NCBI GenBank assembly: GCA_963810725.1
Contig: CAWEOO010000008.1
Location: 588,189 to 652,188 of the forward strand
Length of the DNA stretch: 64,000 bases
Direction of reading: 5' to 3'
From: an uncultured Chloroflexia bacterium
GTDB lineage: Bacteria; Chloroflexota; Limnocylindria; Limnocylindrales; CSP1-4
Shown here: positions 1 to 9,210 of the stretch, piece after piece
Layout: the number at the start of each line of letters is the position of its first letter
Numbering within the stretch: position 1 is the first letter of the stretch
Translations under genes and position numbers: made by a program
The notes under the pieces: model-generated
Told to the model about the DNA's origin: nothing
Database searches by the model: none
The model's input: only the letters and a program-made list of their open reading frames with translations

Positions 1-145
1 CTGGGTCGCGCAGGATCCGCTGGGCAACCGCATAGAGGCTGTCACTGACCTGGTGCACCAGGACGGCGAACGCCTCACGGTCTCCCCGGCGGGCCTGCTC
101 GACGAGGTCTCGATCCACTTGGACCTCCCGATTGCCGCGACCCAT
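1..145 (-). CDS. ECF-type sigma-70 factor, N-terminal fragment (gene runs off the window start)
   Basis: Minus-strand translation from ATG at 143-145 reads MGRGNREVQVDRDLVEQARRGDREAFAVLVHQVSDSLYAVAQRILRDP. This is the same region-2 opening as the four complete ECF sigma genes in the window. Confidence 0.6.
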   Translation of the reverse strand, partial: MGRGNREVQVDRDLVEQARRGDREAFAVLVHQVSDSLYAVAQRILRDP

Positions 146-348
146 GGCCGCGGACTACCCCCTATGACGGTGCGGTGCCGCGCAAACGTTCAGCGACCAA
201 CTAAAGGTGCGCGGCGCTGGCCCGGCCCGCGAATAAAGGCGAAACGATCCCGAAGATGCCGAGGTCGCCCGATGGCACGAGCCTTCCTTCGCCCTACGTT
301 AGGGACATCGCGAAGACCAACGACCGCGATGCCAACGAGGGAACTCCG

Positions 349-531
349 ATGACCGCCGAGATCAACATCCTGATCGCAGCTCAGGACCACCGCGCCGAAC
401 TTCTGGCAGAGGCCGACGCACGCCGCCTGACCCGGACCAGGGACCCGCATGCGGCGGGAACGATCCGGCCCGCCAGGCGCCGACTGACGATCCTCCTTCG
501 CCGACTCGCCGGCGCGCCGGCCTCCGCCTGA
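349..531 (+). CDS. small Arg-rich helical protein, hypothetical
   Basis: ATG at 349 follows a GAGGGA Shine-Dalgarno-like box. The 60-aa product is MTAEINILIAAQDHRAELLAEADARRL...RRRLTILLRRL. I recognise no domain. Confidence 0.35.
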   Translation: MTAEINILIAAQDHRAELLAEADARRLTRTRDPHAAGTIRPARRRLTILLRRLAGAPASA

Positions 532-571
532 CACGGGAGTCCTCGGAGGTCCGGGCCGCGCCGGGACGTCA

Positions 572-1084
572 TCAGTCCGACGGCGGCGTCCGATGCTCGA
601 GCAGGACGACGTCCCGCCAGCGTCCACCGGGGTCACGCCCGAGCGCCCGCTGGACGCCGACCCGGCGAAACCCGACCGCTTCGTGCAGCCGGAGACTGGC
701 CGTGTTCTCGGCCATGACTCCGGCCAGCAGCGTCCAGAATCCGGCCTTCTCCGAGGCCGGGATGACCGCCTCGAGGAGCGCTCGACCCACGCCTTGACCG
801 CGGGCTTCGGTCGCGACGTAGACGCTCTCCCAGGCGACGCCGCTGTACACCCGGCGCGATGAGTACGCCGTGAGGGCGACCCAGCCCAGGACCGGCGAGC
901 GCGCCTTGTCGCGCGCGACCAGCCGGCAATCCGGCCGGTGGGATCGATCGAAGTGGTCCCAGTCGGGCGCGTCGCGCTCCAGCGTGGCGTGGCCGGTCGC
1001 GATTCCTTCGGCATAGATGCGCCGGACGGTCGGCCAGTCGGCCGGCGTCATCAGCTCGATCTGGAATCCACGCTCCGCCGCCAC
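572..1084 (-). CDS. GNAT family N-acetyltransferase (phosphinothricin acetyltransferase-like)
   Basis: ORF 572..1246. The acetyl-CoA loop ARGQGVGRALLE and the overall layout IELMTPADWPTVRRIYAEGIATGHATLE match the family. The likely start is GTG 1084 or ATG 1051; the upstream part of the ORF is Arg-rich junk. Confidence 0.8.
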   Translation of the reverse strand: MAAERGFQIELMTPADWPTVRRIYAEGIATGHATLERDAPDWDHFDRSHRPDCRLVARDKARSPVLGWVALTAYSSRRVYSGVAWESVYVATEARGQGVGRALLEAVIPASEKAGFWTLLAGVMAENTASLRLHEAVGFRRVGVQRALGRDPGGRWRDVVLLEHRTPPSD

Positions 1085-1280
1085 CGTGGCATCATCACAC
1101 GTCGGCGGCTGGTCATCGCCTCGACCACCTCGCGGACGTCTACGGCGAGCAGATCGTCGGGATCTACTTCCAGGCGCTCGGCCACTGACCTCGCGCCCTC
1201 GAGTTCTGTGAACGAAGGCGGCTCGCCCCAGGCGAGTCGCCTTCATCGATTTTCGAGGCCAAAGCCAGGATCGGCCCCGG

Positions 1281-2288
1281 TCATTCCGGGCGTTCGATGA
1301 CCGTCGTCACCAGCGCACCCAGGCGCTCGACGTCGAGCCTGACCTCGTCGCCCGGTTGCAGGTAGCGCCCCAGGGTGGGGTCGCGGACCTCGAGGAGGCA
1401 GCCCGTGCCGACCGTCCCCGACCCGATCAGGTCGCCGGGCCGCAGGAGCGCGTCCGACGACGCCCGCGCGGCGATGTCGGCCAGGCCGTGGACCGCGTCC
1501 GACCAGCGACCGCGCGACGTCTCGACCCCGTTCACGGAGGCGGTCATCGAGAGATCGAAGCCGCGGCCCGACCGCGCGTCCTCGAGCTCATCGGGCGTGA
1601 CCAGCCACGGCCCGAACGAGCTCGCGAAGTCCTTGCCCTTGGCCGGCCCGAGCCGGACCGCCGTCTCATCGCGCTGGAGGTCGCGTGCCGACCAGTCGTT
1701 GAAGATCGTGTAGCCGCCGATCGCCTCCTCGGCGCGGTCCGGCGTCAGATCCCGAACCGGCGTGTCGATGAGCGCGGCCACTTCCAGCTCGTAATCGAGC
1801 TCCTCGGAACCTCGTGGCGCCCAGACGGGATCGCCCGGCCCGCGGATCTCGGAGACGTTCGAGAAGTAGAAGACCGCCAGGCGATACCAGGCCTCGGGGA
1901 CCTCGCCGCCGCGCCGCTCCCACATCGTGCGGACGTGGCGCTCGAAGCCGTAGCCATCGCGCACCGACGGCGGCGCCAGCAGCGGCGAGCCGAACACGAG
2001 GTCCGCCTCGCGGGCGACGGCCTGGTCGTCGTCGCCGCGGAGCTCGAACCCCTCGAGGACCTCGGCCAGGGCCGCGACGCGCAGCCCGCGCGCCAGATGA
2101 TCGTCGAGCGTGGTCACCGGCTGGCGAAAGAGGGCCGCGTCATGGGCCAGTTCCGGGCGAGCGGCGACCATCCGCCGACGGGCGACCTCCAGGTCCAGCC
2201 AGCGGGTCGGCGGGTCGTCCAGGGCCGCCGCGAGCCGCCAGGGAGCGCCAGCCGGGGCGTGGCGTTCGCGGACGTGGGCCAAACGCAT
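1281..2288 (-). CDS. fumarylacetoacetate hydrolase (FAH) family protein
   Basis: ORF 1281..2390 with start at ATG 2288 (MRLAHV). The FAH C-terminal domain signature is present: DYELEVAALI, IFNDWSARD, GKDFASSFGPW, GDLIGSGTVGTG. Confidence 0.85.
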   Translation of the reverse strand: MRLAHVRERHAPAGAPWRLAAALDDPPTRWLDLEVARRRMVAARPELAHDAALFRQPVTTLDDHLARGLRVAALAEVLEGFELRGDDDQAVAREADLVFGSPLLAPPSVRDGYGFERHVRTMWERRGGEVPEAWYRLAVFYFSNVSEIRGPGDPVWAPRGSEELDYELEVAALIDTPVRDLTPDRAEEAIGGYTIFNDWSARDLQRDETAVRLGPAKGKDFASSFGPWLVTPDELEDARSGRGFDLSMTASVNGVETSRGRWSDAVHGLADIAARASSDALLRPGDLIGSGTVGTGCLLEVRDPTLGRYLQPGDEVRLDVERLGALVTTVIERPE

Positions 2289-2299
2289 CGGTGCCGCCG

Positions 2300-3077
2300 T
2301 CAGCCGGGCACGAAGGTGAGGGGCTCTGGGCCGCCCAGCGTCAGGCGGCCGTCCCCGCCGAGCGACCAGGACGAGACCCTCGGGAGCCACTCGAGGTACT
2401 TGCCTTCGACCTCGCTTGCGCGCGCGCAGGCCATCTTCGTGGTCGCCAACGTCCCGATCTTCAGGTCGCCGCCGACGGCCGTGTACGGGCCGTGGAACTG
2501 GTTGCAGCCGGCAAATCCGGCGACCGTCTCATCGGCGCCGAACTGGAGCGTCGGAACGAGGCCGGCGAAGTCGGTCATCGAGCCGAGGGCCTTGAGGATC
2601 CAGCTCGTGCCGGCGAGCGTGGCAGCGGGCTCCTCGCTCGGTGAAGCCACCGCGGACGATCCTGCAGCGATGCCGGGGGCTGCCGCGATCGCCAAAGCCC
2701 CGCCGATCTCGAGCTGGCCATTCTCGGTCTGGCGCCACGTGGCGGCGCCATCAAGCGCCTTCAGGAACACGGCCTCCTGCTGCCCGCGCTGGCCCTCGCA
2801 GCCCATGAGCGTCGAACGACACCTGACCGAACGCGATCTGGTCGCCGTCTGTGCGGAAGCTGCCGGAGTACTGGTTGCAGCCGCCGCTCCCGCTGACCGT
2901 GCCGCCCGCGTCGAACGTCATCGTCGGGCGTGCCTCCGGAAGGGTGGCCTGGCCGCCGATCGAGATCACCGTCCAGGACGTGTTGCCGAGGCCGCCGTTC
3001 GCTTTGTCGTCGCCGATCGGCGAGCACGCCAGGAGCACGGCCGCCAGGCCGATGAGAACAAGGGCTCGATGACGCAA
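2300..3077 (-). pseudogene. tandem META-domain (HslJ-like) lipoprotein, frame interrupted near 2816-2822 (frameshift or sequencing error)
   Basis: ORF 2751..3077 gives a signal peptide with lipobox (LLACS) and the first META motif GGCNQYSGSF...IAFGQV. The expected continuation STLMGCEGQ...FLKAL and a second META domain (GCNQFHGPY) lie in ORF 2300..2806, in another frame. Confidence 0.7.
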
Positions 3078-3117
3078 GGCGGCACTCCTGGGTCGATGGA
3101 CATGGTGGCGGCCGGTC

Positions 3118-3601
3118 TCAACCGCCGGGCTTGATGACCATCAGCCAGACGAGCAACACCAGGCCCGTGGTTCCGACCACCGTCAGGATCTCCGGCCGCC
3201 GGGTATCGAGCATCGCCGCGAGCGCCGCGGGCTCGATCGTCGGGCGCCCGTCCGGTCCGCGCTCCTCGAACGCCTTGCGCAGGCCCATGTAGTACGGCGA
3301 CGCGACCGCCCACATCACGATCGAGCACCGCGACGAAGACGACGATCGACGCGATGACCCACGGCCTTCCCCACAGGTTGACGGCGGCCGCCGCCCCGAG
3401 GCCACCAACGATCAGAAGCAGCAGGCCGATATACATCGGCCCGACCGACATCCCGCCGACCTTCAGGAGCGCATCCACGACGACCGGGTCGCGCTCGTCG
3501 CGGATGCGGAACGACATGAACGCCGAGGCGCCGTGGCTGACCGCGAAGATCACGAGCCCGACGAGATGGACGACGACGAACCAGAGGTACAACCCTTCCA
3601 A
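3118..3601 (-). pseudogene. DUF2269-like integral membrane protein, frame interrupted near 3320-3323
   Basis: ORF 2966..3601 encodes three TM helices (MEGLYLWFVVVHLVGLVIFAV...VIASIVVFVAVL) and then degenerates. The hydrophobic continuation IVMWAVASPYYMGL...GLVLLVWLMVIKPGG is in ORF 3118..3408. Confidence 0.55.
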
Positions 3602-3667
3602 CGGAGCCCTCCCAGTGCGGATGCGAGTCGTCCGCGAGGATAGCGCCCCGGCGTGGCGTCCCGATGG

Positions 3668-4837
3668 CTAGAGGTTCCCGCGCTTCTCCTGCTCGCGCTC
3701 GATCGCCTCGAAGAGCGCCTTGAAGTTGCCGACCCCGAAGCCGCGCGAGCCGTGGCGCTCGATGATCTCGAAGAAGAACGTCGGGCGGTCCTGGACCGGG
3801 CGCGTGAAGATCTGGAGCAGGTAGCCCTCCTCATCGCGGTCGGCTTCGATGCCGAGCTCCTCGAGCGTATCGATCGGCACGCCGACGTCGCCGACGCGAT
3901 CGGCCAGCGTCGCGTAGTACTCGTGCGGCAGGCCGAGGAATTCGACCCCGTTCTCGCGCAGCCGCCGGACCGTGCCGACGATGTCCTCGGTGCGCAGCGC
4001 GATGTGCTGGCAGCCGGGCGATCGATACCAGTCGAGGTATTCCTGGATCTGGCTCTTCTTCTTGCCCGAGGCGGGCTCATTGATCGGGAACTTGATCCGG
4101 CCGTTGCCGTTGGTCATGACCTTCGACATCAGCGCGCTGTAGTCGGTGTGGATGACCTTGTCGTCGTAATGGATCAGCTGGGCGAAGCCCAGCACGTCCC
4201 GGTAGAAGTCCACGAACTTGTCCATGTCGCCGAGACCGACGTTGCCGACGCAGTGATCGACCTCGAGCAGATTCAGGCCTCCGGCCGCGCGGGCCGGCGA
4301 CGCGACCTTGCGGTAGCCGGGCGCGAACACGCCGTGGTAGTCGCGCCGGTCCACGAATGAGTGAAGCGTCTCGCCATACGTCCGGATGGCCGCACGGCGG
4401 AGCGTGCCGTCCTCCCCGCCGTCGATCTCCGTGGGCTCCATGGCCGAGGCCGCGCCCCGCGTCGTCGTCTCGCGCCAGGCCGACTCCACGTCCGCGACCG
4501 CGAACGCGATGTCGTGCACGCCGTCACCGTGCTCACGCAGGTGCTCGGCGATCTCGCCATCTGGCGTGAGCGGGGCGGTGAACACGAACCGGATCCCGTT
4601 CTGGACCATGACGTAGCTCGCGCGGTCGCGCACCTTCGTCTCGAGGCCGCTGAACGCGACCGGCGTGAAGCCCCACAGCGCCCGGTAGTACGCGGAGGCC
4701 TGGCGGGCGTTGCCGACCCAGAACTCGACGTGGTCGATGCCATCGATCGGCAGGAAATCGGCGGCCTTGGCATACGCGTCGGCGTCGACGCGGGCGCCGG
4801 CCTGGTTGGCGGCCCCTCGGGCGACCGTGTCGGTCAT
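3668..4837 (-). CDS. hppD: 4-hydroxyphenylpyruvate dioxygenase
   Basis: ORF 3668..5035 with start at ATG 4837 (MTDTVARG). Diagnostic stretches are present: HVEFWVGNA, GVHDIAF, HCVGNV, INEPASGKKKSQIQEYLD, GCQHIAL, LLQIFT, FFEIIER and the GFGVGNFKALFEAIEREQ tail. Confidence 0.93.
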   Translation of the reverse strand: MTDTVARGAANQAGARVDADAYAKAADFLPIDGIDHVEFWVGNARQASAYYRALWGFTPVAFSGLETKVRDRASYVMVQNGIRFVFTAPLTPDGEIAEHLREHGDGVHDIAFAVADVESAWRETTTRGAASAMEPTEIDGGEDGTLRRAAIRTYGETLHSFVDRRDYHGVFAPGYRKVASPARAAGGLNLLEVDHCVGNVGLGDMDKFVDFYRDVLGFAQLIHYDDKVIHTDYSALMSKVMTNGNGRIKFPINEPASGKKKSQIQEYLDWYRSPGCQHIALRTEDIVGTVRRLRENGVEFLGLPHEYYATLADRVGDVGVPIDTLEELGIEADRDEEGYLLQIFTRPVQDRPTFFFEIIERHGSRGFGVGNFKALFEAIEREQEKRGNL

Positions 4838-4913
4838 CGTGCATCTCCGCTGCAGGCGGGTTCCGAGCTGGTCAGTACCGTCATCGTACGCCGCGCGTGC
4901 GACACTGGCGACC

Positions 4914-5426
4914 ATGACGACGTCGGACCTTCGCAGCGACCTGGACCGCCTCGCCGATGCCCGCGCCGACTTCGAGGCGCTGTCCGGCCGCGTGGCCGCC
5001 GGCGAGCCGTGGCCGCTGGCCGCGGCGTTCGGCACGGAGCCCGAGGCGTCCTGGGGGCCCCGCGAAGTCCTCGCTCACGTCGCCGAGATGCTCCCCTTCT
5101 GGCTCGGTGAGCTGGAGCGGGTCGTGGCTGGCGACGGCGGATCCCCGGTCCCGTTCGGGCGCATCGCGGACGATGCCCTGCGCATCGGGCTGATCGACCG
5201 GGACCGATCATTGCCGTTGCGCGTCCTGTTCGTGCGCATCGACGCCGGCCTGGGCGCGTGGCTCGACCGGCTGCCGACGCTGACCGACACGGACCGGGCG
5301 AAGGTCGGCCTGCATCCGCGACTGGGCGAGATGCCCGTTGGCGGGATCGCCGAGCAATTCGTCATCGGCCACGGCGAAGAGCACGTCGTCCAGCTGGGCT
5401 CGATCCTGGAGTCCGCCGGGCACTGA
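4914..5426 (+). CDS. DinB-family (mycothiol-dependent maleylpyruvate isomerase-like) protein
   Basis: ORF 4710..5426 with start at ATG 4914 (MTTSDLRS). The product is a four-helix DinB-like protein with His positions (VLAHVAEM, VIGHGEEHV). Confidence 0.65.
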   Translation: MTTSDLRSDLDRLADARADFEALSGRVAAGEPWPLAAAFGTEPEASWGPREVLAHVAEMLPFWLGELERVVAGDGGSPVPFGRIADDALRIGLIDRDRSLPLRVLFVRIDAGLGAWLDRLPTLTDTDRAKVGLHPRLGEMPVGGIAEQFVIGHGEEHVVQLGSILESAGH

Positions 5427-5626
5427 TCGGCCCGCGAATGGTGCCCGAAGGCAGCGGTTCTTGAAGGCGGTCAAGGCGGTTGCGCTCGGAATCGGCTCGC
5501 GAGGTACCCCAACCGGCTAGTCCGACCAGTACCGATGGCCTATGGCCGATTACCTAGTCGGGTCGTAGGTTTCCTCTCCGGGGGACGCCAAGCGCACTCC
5601 CAATTGGAGCCCAGAGGGGACGCACG

Positions 5627-5725
5627 ATGAACAACCGCTTCAAGTCACAGACGTTTCGGATCGTCATGTTCCTGTCGATGCTGGCCAGCTCGAGCCTCGT
5701 GCTGATGGCCGGACGGCGCTGGTAG
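5627..5725 (+). CDS. candidate 32-aa membrane peptide
   Basis: Not in the ORF track because it is too short. ATG 5627 follows a GAGGGGA box. The product is MNNRFKSQTFRIVMFLSMLASSSLVLMAGRRW. It sits in a 445-bp GC-poorer spacer and ends in GRRW, like the 18730-18813 peptide. Confidence 0.25.
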   Translation: MNNRFKSQTFRIVMFLSMLASSSLVLMAGRRW

Positions 5726-5751
5726 CACTGACGCCCGATCGTCAATCATCC

Positions 5752-5809
5752 GACCCGCTGGGGCGGGTCTCGCGAACTCTCGAGCGGTCATCTGCTCAGA
5801 TGACCGCTC
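5752..5809. promoter_or_regulatory. two strong hairpins / palindrome between the small ORF and the DUF421 gene
   Basis: Hairpin 1 is GACCCGC-tggg-GCGGGTC (5752-5769). Hairpin 2 is a 28-nt near-perfect palindrome GAGCGGTCATCTG-ct-CAGATGACCGCTC (5782-5809) followed by TTCGATT. It could be a terminator for the small ORF or an operator about 60 nt upstream of 5872. Confidence 0.4.
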
Positions 5810-5871
5810 TTCGATTCCCGCCGCGCGACGGCGCGTAGTCGGCGCCGCGTGGAGCGGCTAGATTCGCCGGG

Positions 5872-6393
5872 ATGCCATCGCTGCCGGAGATCGGCTCCAG
5901 CCTCCCCGAGGTGGTCCTGCGGACCGCCATCGTCTACCTCTTCGTCGTCACGGCCCTGCGCCTGTCGGGCAAGCGCGAGGTCGGCCAGATGTCGGTGCTG
6001 GAGCTGGTCGTCATCCTCGTGATCAGTGACGCCGTCCAGAACTCGATGGTCGGCGACAACACCTCGGTCTGGGGTGGGCTCGCGGCGGTCGCCACGTTGC
6101 TGGCCCTCGATCTCGGGCTCAAGGCGATCACCCGCCGGTCGAAGGCGCTGCGCGAGGCGGTCGAGGGTGAGCCCCGACTGCTCGTCCGTGACGGCCGGCT
6201 GCTCGACAGGGCGATCAGCGAAGAAGGGCTCGACATCGATGAGGTCAGCGCCGCGATCCGGTCGCATGGCCTCGCCGGCATCGAGGATGTCCGGATCGCC
6301 GTCCTCGAGACCGACGGTTCCATCAGCGTGATCCCACGCGACGGCGACGCGCCGCCGTCGAACCGCCCGCCGAGCGACGAACGCACGACGTGA
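5872..6393 (+). CDS. DUF421 (YetF-like) membrane protein
   Basis: ORF 5872..6393. The N-terminus has TM helices and the conserved GKREVGQMSVLELVVILVISDAV core. The C-terminal soluble domain follows (EPRLLVRDGRLL...LETDGSISVI). Confidence 0.8.
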   Translation: MPSLPEIGSSLPEVVLRTAIVYLFVVTALRLSGKREVGQMSVLELVVILVISDAVQNSMVGDNTSVWGGLAAVATLLALDLGLKAITRRSKALREAVEGEPRLLVRDGRLLDRAISEEGLDIDEVSAAIRSHGLAGIEDVRIAVLETDGSISVIPRDGDAPPSNRPPSDERTT

Positions 6394-6842
6394 CCGGCCC
6401 GCAGCCGGCGCGCGCTCTCCGTCCCATGGTCGCGCTCGTGCTCGTGCTGGGGGCGGCGGTCGCGATCGGGGGCTGCAGCCCACTCCCGCTCAGGACCGTC
6501 ACCATCGGCGATCGGCCCTGGTCGGTCTACGTGGGCGGCGCGAACGGGATGCGCGGCCTGGACGGCTTCGGCGACGCTGACGGCATGCTCTTCGACATGG
6601 GTCGCGAGGTCGACCCGGGCGGCGTCGCGTTCGGGATGGAGCACGTCGGCTATCCCATCGACATCGCCTGGTTCGACGGCGATGGCGCGCTCGTGAGCAC
6701 GGCCGCGATGGCGCCCTGCCACGAGGCGCCGTGCCCGCTCTACCACGCCGCCGGACCCTACCGCTGGGCGGTCGAAGCTCCGGTCGGCGCGTTCACGGAC
6801 CTCCGTCCGGAGGACCGCCTGGTGGTCGCCGACGGCGACTAG
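6390..6842 (+). CDS. DUF192 domain protein with N-terminal signal/lipobox
   Basis: ORF 6390..6842. It has a lipobox-like AIGGCS and DUF192-like stretches GMLFDMG...PIDIAWFDGDGALV...YRWAVEAPVGAF. Its start overlaps the upstream stop. Confidence 0.65.
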   Translation: MTGPQPARALRPMVALVLVLGAAVAIGGCSPLPLRTVTIGDRPWSVYVGGANGMRGLDGFGDADGMLFDMGREVDPGGVAFGMEHVGYPIDIAWFDGDGALVSTAAMAPCHEAPCPLYHAAGPYRWAVEAPVGAFTDLRPEDRLVVADGD

Positions 6843-7216
6843 GGCGCCTCGACCGTCCAGCTCCGGCCACGGCAGACCAGGTACAGCTCGTCGAGCTCGG
6901 CGCCCTCGGCGGTCAGCGCGACCAGCCGGCCGGTCCGGCACAGCCCCTCGCGCTCGGCGAAGATCGAGTCGAGGACGGCGTGCTGGCCGGGCGGCAGGTC
7001 CACGAGCTTCTCGATGCCCCCGTCCGGGCGCTCGTACACGATCGTCACGGTCGCCGAGTCGATGCCGTTGCTGATCGTGACGCCGTTGGCCGGGTCGCCG
7101 GACGGCAGCGGCGGCACCGTCGGCGACAACCGGCCGAGCACGGCCCACGCGACGACCAGGGTGACCAGCACGGCGAGCAGTGCAAGGACCGCTGCTCGAC
7201 CGCGAAGGCGACTCAC
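6839..7216 (-). CDS. membrane-anchored hypothetical protein
   Basis: ORF 6839..7216. The GTG start overlaps the stop of the upstream peptidase gene (GTGA). It has a single N-terminal TM helix (AAVLALLAVLVTLVVAWAVL). Confidence 0.5.
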   Translation of the reverse strand: MSRLRGRAAVLALLAVLVTLVVAWAVLGRLSPTVPPLPSGDPANGVTISNGIDSATVTIVYERPDGGIEKLVDLPPGQHAVLDSIFAEREGLCRTGRLVALTAEGAELDELYLVCRGRSWTVEAP

Positions 7217-9210
7217 GGCGTCCCGGAACCCTCCCCCGGCGGCTCCTCGAGAAGGTGCGTCCGCAGGAATTGCAGGATCCGCTCGAACGCGTCGCGCCGG
7301 TTCTCGCGACGCTCCCAGCCATGGCCTTCATCGTCGTACCAATGGACCTCGTGGGTCTTGCCCTCGATCTCGAGCGCCTCGACCATCCGCTCGGTCATGA
7401 GGGGCACGACACGCTTGTCCTTGCGGCCATGCAGGATCAGTACGGGTGCCTCGATCCGCTCGGCCCGGTAGACCGGTGAGCCGCGCCGGAAGAGCTCGGT
7501 CCGCACCGGGTCGTCGGGCGTGCCCATCATCTTGAGCAGATCCAGGCGCCCCGGCCGGTCACCGTGGCGGAAGCTCTCGGCGATCTCCGAGTCGCCGTAC
7601 AGGTCGACCCCGGCGGCGAACATCGCCGGCTCCTCGACGAGAGCGCACAGGACCATGTAGCCGCCGTACGAGCCACCGAAGACCGCGAGGCGGCCGTCCG
7701 ACCATGGCTGGTCCCCCGCCCAGCGGCCGGCGTCGATGAGGTCGTGGACGTCGGCGTGGCCCCATTCGTCGTGATTGGCCTGGCGGAAGTCCCGGCCGTA
7801 GCCCGTCGAGCCGCGGAAGTCGACGTCCAGGAAGGCGAAGCCTTCGCGCGCCAGCAACAGCTTGAACGGCTGGAAGCTGCGGTACGCCTGCCAGGTCGGT
7901 CCGCCGTGCGGGTAGATGACGGTCGGTACGCGCTTGCCGCCGCGCTTTCCGGTCGCGGCGCTCGGCCGCCACAGTGTGCCCTCGACGCGCAGGCCGTCGC
8001 GCGCCGTGATCGCGATCCGCTCGCCGGCCGGCACGCGGCCCGGACTCAGGCTCGAGGCCAGGACGGCGGGCCGCGAATCGGTGACCTGGCGCGGTCGGGC
8101 GCCGTCGGGGGCTGCGCCCGGGACGGGCAGGAGCCACAGGTCCTGGGGCCGGGTCTCACTCTCGCCGATCGCTGCGACCCAGGCACCGTCGGGCAGCCAG
8201 CCGACGGGCCGCCACACGCCGTCCCAGGGCGAGATCCGCTCGGCCTTGGTGGTCGCCGCCACGGTCCGTGGGGCCTTGGGCGGTCGGCCGCGGCCGCGCT
8301 TGGGCCGCTCTCCATCGCCCAGGCCGCGCACGATCACGTCGATGAGGCCGTCGTGGACCTCGATATGGGCGACCCGGCTGCCGTCCGGGGACGGCAACGG
8401 GACGTACCCGACGCCGCCCGATGGCTCGCCATGCTCGCGCTCCCCGTCGGTGAGGACGATGCGGTCTCGGCCATCGGGCGAGCGGCGCACGACCTGGTAC
8501 CAGCCATCGGCATCTGACACGTAGAGAAGCGAGCCGTCGGGCGCCCACTGGGCGCCGGTATCGTGGCTGCGCTCGCCTGCCACGACCTCGCTCTTCCCGG
8601 TGGCGACGTCGACGAGCGCGATCTGCGACGTCGTGAGGTCCTCGGGCGATTGCTGGGCCATGACCGCCATCCGGCTGCCGTCCGGGGACCAGACCATCTG
8701 CTCGACATCGATGCCGCTGGGGGTCAACGCCGCAGCCTTCGGCGGACGCGGGTCGCGTTGCGGACGCCCGCGCCGCGGCACGGGAGCATCGATCAGCCAG
8801 ACCTGCGACCAGCCGCGCCGCCGCGAGAGGAACGCGAGCCGCCGCCCATCCGGCGACCACTGCGGATCGCGGCCGCCGCCGGGCTTGGGGACCACCTTCG
8901 TGAACCGGGATCCGTCCGCCTCGACGATCCAGATCTCCTCGTCCCGAACGAAGGCCAGGCGCCGCCCGTCCGGCGACCATTGGGGTTCGCCGACCGCTTT
9001 CTCCGACGCGGTGATCTGGGTGGCGGGCGCGCCCGTGCCGCGCAGCGACAGCGTGAACAGCTGTCGGGCACCGGCCATCTCGGCCGTGTAGGCGACCGTC
9101 CGCTCGCGCGGATTGATGCGGAATTCCCTAGGCGACTCGACCGCCACGATCCCCTCGATGGTGAGGCCGGCGGCGCCCGTCGCGGCGCCCGGGTTGCGAT
9201 CGGTCGGCAT
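7213..9210 (-). CDS. S9 family serine peptidase (prolyl oligopeptidase/acylaminoacyl peptidase type) with N-terminal PD40 beta-propeller
   Basis: ORF 7213..9243. It has repeated WSPDG(R/S) propeller motifs, then the alpha/beta hydrolase part with GGSYGGYM (nucleophile Ser), D and H (EGHGW). The ATG at 9210 overlaps the upstream stop by 1 nt (TGATG). Confidence 0.85.
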   Translation of the reverse strand: MPTDRNPGAATGAAGLTIEGIVAVESPREFRINPRERTVAYTAEMAGARQLFTLSLRGTGAPATQITASEKAVGEPQWSPDGRRLAFVRDEEIWIVEADGSRFTKVVPKPGGGRDPQWSPDGRRLAFLSRRRGWSQVWLIDAPVPRRGRPQRDPRPPKAAALTPSGIDVEQMVWSPDGSRMAVMAQQSPEDLTTSQIALVDVATGKSEVVAGERSHDTGAQWAPDGSLLYVSDADGWYQVVRRSPDGRDRIVLTDGEREHGEPSGGVGYVPLPSPDGSRVAHIEVHDGLIDVIVRGLGDGERPKRGRGRPPKAPRTVAATTKAERISPWDGVWRPVGWLPDGAWVAAIGESETRPQDLWLLPVPGAAPDGARPRQVTDSRPAVLASSLSPGRVPAGERIAITARDGLRVEGTLWRPSAATGKRGGKRVPTVIYPHGGPTWQAYRSFQPFKLLLAREGFAFLDVDFRGSTGYGRDFRQANHDEWGHADVHDLIDAGRWAGDQPWSDGRLAVFGGSYGGYMVLCALVEEPAMFAAGVDLYGDSEIAESFRHGDRPGRLDLLKMMGTPDDPVRTELFRRGSPVYRAERIEAPVLILHGRKDKRVVPLMTERMVEALEIEGKTHEVHWYDDEGHGWERRENRRDAFERILQFLRTHLLEEPPGEGSGTP

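Noticed and set aside
1281-4837. A complete homogentisate (tyrosine degradation) operon.
   Set aside because: Only hppD and one FAH-family gene are present, separated by unrelated membrane and lipoprotein genes. No homogentisate 1,2-dioxygenase or maleylacetoacetate isomerase is visible, so no pathway-level claim can be made from this window.
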